A program made the translations under genes and the position numbers. DNA of 64,000 nt from Octopus vulgaris (taxonomy: Eukaryota), in the NCBI GenBank assembly GCA_951406725.2, contig OX597817.1, positions 145,204,001 through 145,268,000 on the forward strand, written 5' to 3'. Under the pieces are notes generated by a model. The model was not told where the DNA came from and made no database searches. It saw nothing but the letters and a program-made list of their open reading frames with translations. Positions 54,690 to 64,000 of the stretch are shown piece by piece. The stretch's first letter is position 1. Every line of letters begins with the position of its first letter.

Positions 54690-55101
54690 GTAAGTTCTCA
54701 AAGACTTTTATTTAAATAAGTTCTGATAAAACTGACATAAATTTTCTAAAGAAATCTTGACAAAATATCATATGTTGTGGGATTATCTTTCACTTTCAAA
54801 GTAAATCCATGCATAACTCTATTATAATGCTTTAGGTACTTTAATATACCTGTACTCCAACACTTCTTGGAATATGGGTGTTATTGTATCCCTTTGTGCC
54901 AAAGATGCTGTAAATGATAAAAAAATGCCTATTCAATTTCTTTTTATAGAACCAAAAACCTATTGAATTTATTTATTGATCATAATTGCATTTTATTAAC
55001 AAAAATTAATGTGCCTTTTATTTTTCATTGTTACATTTTAGAATATCTCTAAAATTCTTGATCAGATAAAAAGATAATTAAGGCAGGAAAAGCCAAATTT
55101 C

Positions 55102-55640
55102 CATCATCATCATCATCGTTTAACGTCCACTTTCCATGCTGGCATGGGTTGGACGGTTCAACTGGGGTCTGGGAAGCCAGAAGGCTGCACCAGGCCCAGT
55201 CTGATCTGGCAGTGTTTCTACAGCTGGATGCCCTTCCTAACGCCAACCACTCCATGAGTGTAGTTATTATTATTATTATTCATTTTGTTCATCGTGTACA
55301 AGTACGTATGTGTTCAATATTGTTTTATTCAATTTTAGAAAAACTGAAACATGTCATAGACAATTCTAGAACATATTGAATTTTGTGCATGACTTCTGGC
55401 TCATCCTGTATGTATATGTATGTATGTGTGTGTATGTGTATATAGGAGAGAAAACGATATCTACTTTTAGACATTCTTTTCATCATCACCATCATCATCA
55501 TTTAATGTCCGTTGTCCATGCTGGCATGGGTTGGACAGTTTGACCAGAGCTGGCAAGTTAGGAAGCTGCACCAGATTCCAGTCTGATTTAGCAAGGTTTC
55601 TACAGCTGGATGCCCTTCCTAATGCCAACCACTTTACGGA
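55102..55640 (-). mobile_element. Two 5'-truncated family C copies (55102-55264, 55480-55640)
   Basis: (CAT)n start followed by the reverse complement of the conserved 3' block. Confidence 0.8.
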
Positions 55641-55820
55641 ATGTGGTTTCACATGGCACACCATGGGCATTTTTAAATTTACTAATCTGGTTCAAGTTTT
55701 TATATCAGTGGATTAATTCAATTTCGGTCTTATTTTCTCTTTGTTTTTGTTTTTCTTTTTATATTTGTTTATTTATCTGAATTTGTTTCATTGAAAGTAA
55801 TATTTATTTTCCAAATGTAG

Positions 55821-55917
55821 ATAAAATCTAATAGTGAAGGAAGCCGGCCAAAAATTCCGCCAGAAAACAATGTACCTGGGGCTTATTTCTTCAACAGTAG
55901 TCAAGAACAGGTATCTG
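55821..55917 (+). CDS. MAGI: MAGI linker exon (IKSNSEGSRPKIPPENNVPGAYFFNSSQEQVS-D)
   Basis: tgtAG acceptor and G|GTAAGT donor. Phase 0 to 1, which restores frame between the 41-bp exon and the exon at 61429. Stop-free. Confidence 0.75.
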
Positions 55918-56510
55918 GTAAGTAATGTAATATCTTATTGTACATTTTTATTGTGGAATTACTTTGTTTTGTTTTTATTTCCTGTTTTCTTTTCTTTGTT
56001 TTTTGTTTTTTTTATATTTCTTCCCATTGATTCTAATGTTCTTTTGAGTTAGAAAGACAGGTAAAAGAAAGTTATAAGAAATTTATCCATCCATCCATTT
56101 TTTTCACCCACTATTCCTGAGCAGTTCATTGGGGTAGAGTCATCAAGCACCTCCTCATATCAGAGGGATAGGGTCTAACAAGCACCTCCTCATGGGGTCC
56201 TATCAGAAGCAACGATCATTACACTTTCCTAAAGAAATTAATGCCATGTTTAATTTACTTTAATATAACAAAGAATGTAATAATGTGAAGAAGGATTTAG
56301 TTGTAGCCTTGGGCAGACTTCTGTTATTTACTTAATTGAGAATTAATTACATTCTCCTGGTTGAAGGTACCTTCGGTTATTGATGTCATAAGCTCTGTTT
56401 TTCTTTCTTTTTTATTCTTTTTTGTCTTTATTAACTTTCGAGAGAATGTGAAATAACTCTGTTTTGGAATAGTGTAGATCCTGTAGCACACACACAGTTA
56501 TAAATAAGAA

Positions 56511-56851
56511 TCTCTATATATATAAACGGCAAAATGTCTGTCTGTGTGTGTGTGTATCCTTTATACTAATCCACAATTTTTCAGTTAGAGAGCTCACACT
56601 TTCTATGGTCATTCAAAACTGTCCAAGGGTGGTCATGCACATCTTTACATTTCCTCAGAAGTGACTTTTTTGTGAATTTTCTATCCAAAAGTCAATCAAA
56701 ATGCCTGAAACTTGATACGCCAATTGAATGCCAGCTAGCTGTATGTGATTGGTCAGAGATTTGGACAGTACTCGCATGTATGTGTGCACGCACACAGCTG
56801 TATATGCATGCACTAGCTCTATGACCCGGCGTTGCCAGGTCATAGTGCTAG
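56511..56851 (+). mobile_element. Non-autonomous Helitron
   Basis: A|TC 5' end, subterminal hairpin CTATGACCCGGC-GTT-GCCAGGTCATAG and CTAG|T 3' end. Confidence 0.82.
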
Positions 56852-57311
56852 TTTATAAAATATTGGGTTGCAAAGCACTTTCGGATAGAAACAGTTGAAG
56901 GCTAATAATCTGTGAAACATTAAGAATATCACAACTGCCATTTCCTCTTTTGTTAAATTGTAGGTTTTTAATAATTAGAGATAAATAGACAATGTCCCTG
57001 GTCCTCATGTATTAGTGCAACCAGTGTGTGGACCTCAGTGAGTCCAGTTTGTAGCCATCAAGTAAGGTTCAATGTGATTAGCATTCAGCTTCTCTGTCTG
57101 TAGATCAATATTTGTAGGAAAAATTTGTGCAAAGATGGTATTCCAGAGAGTTGTTGTGAATAAGAATGATTGGCCAAAAGATGTATGGTTTTATGTTAGT
57201 AGAAGGTCAAAAGTCGGATCAAAGAAGATTGGACAAGGGTGCACAGATTTTAGTGCAGAATAAATCAGCAGATTGATTATTAGCTGATAGGGTAACCTTC
57301 CAATGTAGCAT

Positions 57312-57343
<32 letters not shown>

Positions 57344-58835
57344 CATCATCATTTGACTTACACGCACATACACATATACATACATACATTTAAGTATATA
57401 TGTGTGTGTCGAGACATGCAACTATATGCATGAGAACACATACATAAAACAAAGCATACAAATTTGCACATATACACACTCATGCAAAAATACCCTGTTG
57501 ATGCTATTGAAATTCCAATGAAGGAACCTTGGATCTAGTTTAGAATCCAGCTCTTTTTCTGTTGGTCACAAATCTTGAAATAAAACTGAATAATGACATG
57601 CATACATTATTTCCACCTACTAAATCCATTCACAAGGTTTTGGTCAGCCTGGGGCTATAGTAGAAAACACTCGCCCAGAGTGCCGTGCAGGAGAACTGAA
57701 CCTAAAACCTCATGATCGAGAATCAACCTTCTTAAAGACGCAACCATTTACCATCAGCCATGCCTGTCCCTATTCACTTTGTAATTAAGGGAAACAGAGT
57801 TGTAATTTATCAATTTAACTGTAGCATATTAATGAAGATTATTTCATTAAATGTGGTTTGATAAACAATTAGGTGTGATTCAACTTGAATTTAGTTGTAT
57901 ATGCATCAGATATAGATTGTAGAAGGTTAGGGGAATGGCCAGGTGGACACAGTATTGGACCACTTGCTCATGGATCATGTTCCCATATCTGTTGTCCAAC
58001 TTGTCTGGAACATGTACATGCAGATCATTTATAAATGCTTTGTGGTAACCTAAAATCCTCCTCTTAAGAAATATTTATTTCTCATTAGCTTAACATCATA
58101 ACAACGAATCTTAGTACTGACTCTTTGAAAATCTTGATGTCCTTTTAATTACATGATATTGATTGATAGTATCTGATGAGAAAGCCAAGGAATTGCTTAC
58201 ATTAACATAATTATAATCTTTATGAGGGCATTGGCTTTTTGGATGGAGCATCTGGTAGTAATAGATAAACCAAGTTAAGCATTGCAAGTTTTATTGTGAC
58301 ATACTACATTATGAGTGTGAGGTTAAAGCTGTAAACCCACTGATCAAGTTCCTAGACTATTGACCAAAGTCTTAGAATACTAATCTCCTTAGCAATACAT
58401 GGGATACTGCTTACCTTTCTTGGAATACTCTATGAGTTTTCTATCTTCATGTTTGCAATCCAAAATTGAAGAATATTTTAAAACTGTTCATCAAATCAGA
58501 AATGCCGGAATGTTTAACCGAGTTAAAAGGAAATGGTATTCTGGTATAAGAAGTTTCTGTAAAAGACAAAGAATTAGAGAGTCATTTTAAGTAAACTATA
58601 TGTTGGTGATATAAACACATATCTGTTTTTGTGAATAATTATAGCTTGTGTTATAAAGTCCAGAAATTTCTAGGAAGACACTTCCTTCCACATCTTTCTT
58701 AGTCAACTGTCCCTGACTGGAGCCAGTGGGTTCTCTGCTAGAGTGCTTGATCTACCAAAGTAACAACCAAATCTCCATTAAATCACATCCCACCATCTTA
58801 AAAAATCAGACAAATTTGACAATGTGTTTCTAAAC

Positions 58836-59340
58836 GTGTCACCCTCTTCTCTTCCCAGGCACATCGTTTCTCTGTTGAGCTTTCTGTTAGTCATAAGTCC
58901 TTTTATTCTAATAACTTCTTTCCTCAAAGTGCTGTTCTCTGGAACTCACTATCATCCTCCTGTTTCCCTCTGGTAAAAATTATGAATAAATCTATCGACA
59001 ATTTGTCCTAACTTGCTTCATTCAGAATCAAGTTGATGGGTCCTCCTCTCCTTTTCTATTAGTTTGGAATCTTTAACTCATTTACAGATTGTATCTTCAT
59101 TGTGTCTTTTCTATAAGCATTTCCATCGTCGTTCTGATTAGCTTTCTGCTCTAGTACTCTACCAAAACCTTTACATGTGTCACCCTCTCCTCTTCCCAGG
59201 CACATCGTTTCTCTGTTGAGCTTTCTGTTAGTCATAAGTCCTTTTATTCTAATAACTTCTTTCCTTAAAGTGCTGTTCTCTGGAACTCACTGCCATAATC
59301 TTATTTCCCTCTGGTGTATGATAATTTAGTCCTTTAAGTT
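58836..59340 (+). mobile_element. LINE (Jockey/CR1 group) ORF2 C-terminal relic with a 139-bp duplicated segment
   Basis: Translates to ...SSLCLFYKHFH...QAHRFSVEL...NNFFPQSAVLWNSL. 58836-58974 is repeated at 59177-59315. Confidence 0.65.
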
Positions 59341-59840
59341 TTCTGTCAATCAACATCTTTTGAATTTGTAGTCCCCTTCTTTCACTTTTTGTAGTCCCTT
59401 ACACTACATTGGCCTCAAGTCTTGTTTAGGACAAAATCATGTTTAAAAAAAATCATATTTAAAAAAAAGCAAAAATAAAAGCAGATTGGTCTTTGCCAGA
59501 ATGCCGAAATCATAGGTTGACTCAATTGTAGTTCATTTAAAGTTAAAACAGCAACAAGTTATCTCCTCATCCAATCACAGCACATGGTTATATAACCTTA
59601 ACCCCCACCATCTCTGTCTCTTTGTATATATTCACCTCTGTGTTTCTTACATATTCACTTTCTCAGCTCTCTTCTCTGCAGACTTTCATCTAAATTAACA
59701 TTTCCCTTCCTACAAGCAGTCTTCCTATTCAGTTTATTCTCTCCTGTTCATATCAGAAATAAAGAAACACAGCCGACAAGTTGCTCTTTTCTTACAATAC
59801 TTCAGTGTTCTTGATTTTAGTTTATTTTTGTATCTTTATC

Positions 59841-59871
<31 letters not shown>

Positions 59872-61428
59872 ATTTATGGTTAGAGAGTAGCTTTCCCTTT
59901 TCGGAAATATCTTCTACTGATATTTGAAACCTAAGAATTTGTAATTAAGGCTGTAGCTTAATTGCAGTTGTTTGATCACTGTAATTATATGAGTAGATGA
60001 GGAAACAGACTAAGTTATAAAGATGGAATGAAGGTAATATATTAAAATAGCTAGGGCCACTTTGTGTTCTTGTTTTCTTTCTCTTTGCTCCTCGCCACCC
60101 CCCCCTCTCTCTCTCTCTAACACACACACACATGTATATACACATACACATTAGAAGCCAGTCTGCTTTCACCAGATTTTTGAATGAAACCTTCCCCAAC
60201 TACCACCCAAACACAACCTGCATGCATATATATATTAGTGTGCATGTACGTATGTTTATGTATGTGTTTGTGAAAATACACAGATACACACGCACATGTG
60301 TGTGTGTATATATATAGACACACACACACACACACACACACAGGTGTGGAAAGTCCTTGAAAATATAGGTTAGCAATAGGGAACCAAATGTAAACAATAG
60401 CGTTTGTTTTATGTTTATTAGTAACAACAACAACAACAATCATAATAACTCTAAACGTTTTCTAGGGAAGGTGAAATATAATTAGACAAAAGGCAACATG
60501 ACCCTGTTGGAACCCAAAAATCAGGTGTTGCTGACATATCTTGTTACTAGAGATTCATAGATGCTCTCAGAATGGCGGGTTGGTAGTAACAGTTAAAGAG
60601 CATGAAGCAGTTTCTTCAACAACAACTGAGTTTAGAAACTAAATAAGAGTTTCGAAAGGGGATTAGTAACATCATGTATGGGCCATGTAGATCTTTGTAT
60701 CGTTTTCTCAAAGCTTTGGGTTTGCCTGCTTCGTTGCAACAGCCTGATCTGCTAGTTAATTATACATATGTATGTATAAACATACACACACATTCATACA
60801 TATATTTGTCTCATATATTCTCCCTCTCTTTCTCTCTTTTTGTATATATATATATATATGTTTCACTCTTTCTTCTCCTCTTCCTTTCACACCTGGCACT
60901 TTTCCTCGTTCTCTATGACGTTTATTTAGCACCTCCTATTTTTGTGGAAAGTATACAAGGGTATTGTGAAAACGAGATGAAAGTAAAAATCCACCTCTGA
61001 GAGGCTGAATGCTAACTTCTTCAACGATGCAGTTAAAACACACACACACATACACAAACCCCGCCCTCCGCAAACACACGTGCATGCACAGATCTGTTAA
61101 ACGGTAGAAATCAGCAACACCAGTAACTTGACTGATCTTTTCTCCAGCTTCTGTTTGTAATTTCCCATCCATTTATCATGTTTACCGATATGTTATATTA
61201 TTTCAACGTCCTTCAAAGATATGGGACTGTGAGAAAAAACTGCACTTACCAACAGTACGACTGTTATATGAACAGCTTTACACAATGTTAGTATACCTTT
61301 CAGACACATTTTTTTGAGGCCAAGGCACTTCATTTTTTTTTATCTCCAAACTACCGCAGCCGATAAGTAAAATTTCCATCAAAGAATGTATAACTATAAC
61401 TGTTGTTCTTGTCTCTATTGTTTTTCAG

Positions 61429-62591
61429 ACCGAGAAGATGATGATGAGGAATCTGAAGGCCAGTTAAAGAGCCCAACTGTTGATTTTCACAGTCGTAAAG
61501 CACCTACCTCAAGTGATCAGCGTTCAAAGTATCTTTCTGATCACCGACCAAAGACCCCAACAAGAACAGCTGTTGTGAAAACAGACAGTCGCAGTCGAAC
61601 TGCTACCATTGGACGGCCGCCATTTAGCAACAATTTTTCCAAAAAATTTGATATTCGTAAGGATTACATAACAAATGCTGATGATAATTGGAGTTACAAT
61701 GAACAGAGATCGTTTGAGCGGGAATATTACCCTAGCTATGAGTACAGTACACGTCCTCCTCCAGGACCGCGCTCTGACCCTTTCCGTCAGGACTACACTG
61801 TGTCGCGAACAGATCATAGATTTCGAACTGAAATGGGAATACAGAGACAAAACACAATGCAAAGTTTTCAACAAGAATATGATCGTTCTCATCGCTATGA
61901 CTACGGTACACGGACTGAAGGAATAAGGCCTGGACAGTTCCGGAGCAGGACGCCAGGACCAGAATTAATGAACCGGTCACTCTCTGGCGAATCACGCCAC
62001 GAACCCAATCGTCCAAAAACTCCAACTGCTCAAGATATGAGGAGTAAAACACCTCTACCAACAAGCAACCACAATCATACAAGTGCTTCTGATTTCCCTT
62101 TAACATCCCGTTACCAAAATGCCCCCAGCTCAACATGGGGTATGAATGGTCATAGGCAAGCTTTTGCTCATAAAGCATGGGCATATAGTAGTCTTGACCA
62201 TGGCACAATCCATCCTCTACGACGAGAGTCCTCTTTAGATAACCCAGCTTACCCCTATGAAAAAACATATTCCTCTAACAATAACTATGCCCCAAATCTT
62301 GTCGGTGGACAAGGAACTCTTGGGAGCGGCACAGGGCGCCCTTCCCGACAAAGCACTTCATTCGAAAATGAAGAACCCACACCAAGCAATTTAACACGGA
62401 TACCTAAACGCTATCCACCACCTTCATCTAACTCATTTCATCACCTTCCCGGCAGCCAATCCCCTCGCAGCCCAAACAGATTTCCAGAATACGATGAAGG
62501 ATTACGTCACATGGAAATGCTGGTTATTCTCAGGAGACAAGAAAGTGGTTTTGGATTTAGAATTATTGGTGGCACTGAAGAAGGATCACAG
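61429..62591 (+). CDS. MAGI: Large MAGI exon: long S/P/R-rich linker and the start of the next PDZ (LRRQESGFGFRIIGGTEEGSQ)
   Basis: tttttcAG acceptor and CAG|GTAAGA donor. 1163 bp open frame (ORF 61386-62603) ending in a GFGFRIIGG PDZ loop typical of MAGI. Confidence 0.95.
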
Positions 62592-64000
62592 GTAAGACAC
62601 TAAATGAAACAAAGTACTTCTTTTTTCTTCAATACATTTATTTATTTATTTCTGGTGGTATTTTTTTAATTGAATCATTGATAAAAATTAGTGAATGTGA
62701 ATTATCATTATAGCTTAATCACAAAGGCATGAAAGCCAGGAAACAGACTTAATTCAAATTAAGGCTTACTTTACTTGTTTGTCTAACATCTGTTACTGAA
62801 TAGATGCTAAATTTTCTATTAAAAATTTTTCATTTTTGATAATGCAGTTGGCTGCTGCTGTTATAGGCTTCAGATTTTCGCTCTGATTTTCTACTCCTAA
62901 CACACACACACACACACAGAAACATTTCTGTCAAGATGTAATCAATGAAAGATTGTTGTATTTTGTATTATATATAATAAAAAAAGTGTGTCATAAATGG
63001 TTAATTAAAACTTTTGTCTTGATATAATCGATCGTTATCGTTATGTGAGGTAAGGGGCACTTGAAGGTACAGTTTTGATTAGTCTGCTGCACTGTTTCTA
63101 TCTCTCACACACACACATCAACAAGAAAGCCTCTTTGCAGTCACTTGAACTGTTAGAAACAGCAGCCCAAATCCTTGAAACCATACTCTACCATCTTCAA
63201 AAAAATGGGTGGACTCATTGGAAAATATTGTCTTAGAGATACACAATAAAAAAAAAGAAAAGGTATGTGTTTGGTCATATCTAAGCTGAGACTGCTTTTG
63301 ATCATAGCTGTTGCTGGATCAGATCTGACCCAGGGCTAAACAACAGCAACAAAAATTTGTGTATGGCTAAGAGAGATATTCTATAGATGCCAAGGCAAAC
63401 TGAAGAAGCTGGAAAACATCTTAGAAAATAGCAGTTTAGTAGAGAGATTTTGTATAAGTGTTCTCTCTTTCTCTCTACCTCTCTCTCTCTCACACACATG
63501 CACACACGCACACACACACACACAACATGCACAGTCACTTAGTTCTTCAAAATAGTATTGGAGCATAAAACATTGTAGTGCCAATTTTCTGTAAATCAAA
63601 AAGTGTCGGCAATAGAATCTATCTGTAAAAAAGCTATCATGCTCTGATAAATATTTATTGTAAGCGTGCTGAAATGACTATTAAATTACTGCATATTTCT
63701 GTCTCTCTCTGTATCTTTCTTCCTGTCTGTCTCTATCTCTCTTCATGTCTCCTTCTCCATCTTTCTCTCTTCCTGTCTCTCTTCCTGTCTCTCTCTCTCT
63801 CTCTTCCTGTCTTTCTCTCTGTTTGTGTCTCTGGGCGTCAGACTCAGACGATGGATGTGCACAACCTGCCTGTCTAGATGTTCAAGCAATTATATGCAAG
63901 AGTGCACGTGTGTGTGTGTGTGTCTGTTTGCACATGCATCTGCATGTGTCTGTGTGCATAATCTTACAATATATATATTTGCACTTTACTGTATTTAGAC

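Noticed and set aside
58173-58205. CTGATGA motif
   Set aside because: Weak stem and no GAAA box.
61524-62268. Antisense and alternate-frame ORFs over the large exon
   Set aside because: These are shadow frames of the MAGI coding exon.

Overview
AT-rich, microsatellite- and SINE-dense eukaryotic genomic DNA. The repeat landscape looks cephalopod (Octopus-like), which is an inference. The window lies inside one large + strand gene encoding a MAGI-family scaffold protein (WW and PDZ domains). Eight GT-AG exons (27625-27682, 33966-34030, 41687-41794, 45029-45229, 49171-49833, 54649-54689, 55821-55917, 61429-62591) splice into one uninterrupted reading frame: a WW domain, two complete PDZ domains, a long linker and the start of a third PDZ. 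The gene start and end lie outside the window. Almost every other ORF in the track is microsatellite or SINE noise. The introns hold several tRNA-type SINE families, LINE remnants (RTE and CR1/Jockey-like), Tc1/mariner, hAT and piggyBac-type MITEs, and two non-autonomous Helitrons. The most notable observations are: a minimal hammerhead-ribozyme-like motif between 68-bp inverted arms (36013-36306); a ~130-bp-arm foldback insertion with a 12-bp TSD inside a mariner remnant; a perfect 78-bp inverted duplication; a SINE flanked by a ~95-bp duplication; a nested pseudoknot candidate; and many closely spaced inverted repeat pairs that could form dsRNA in the pre-mRNA.
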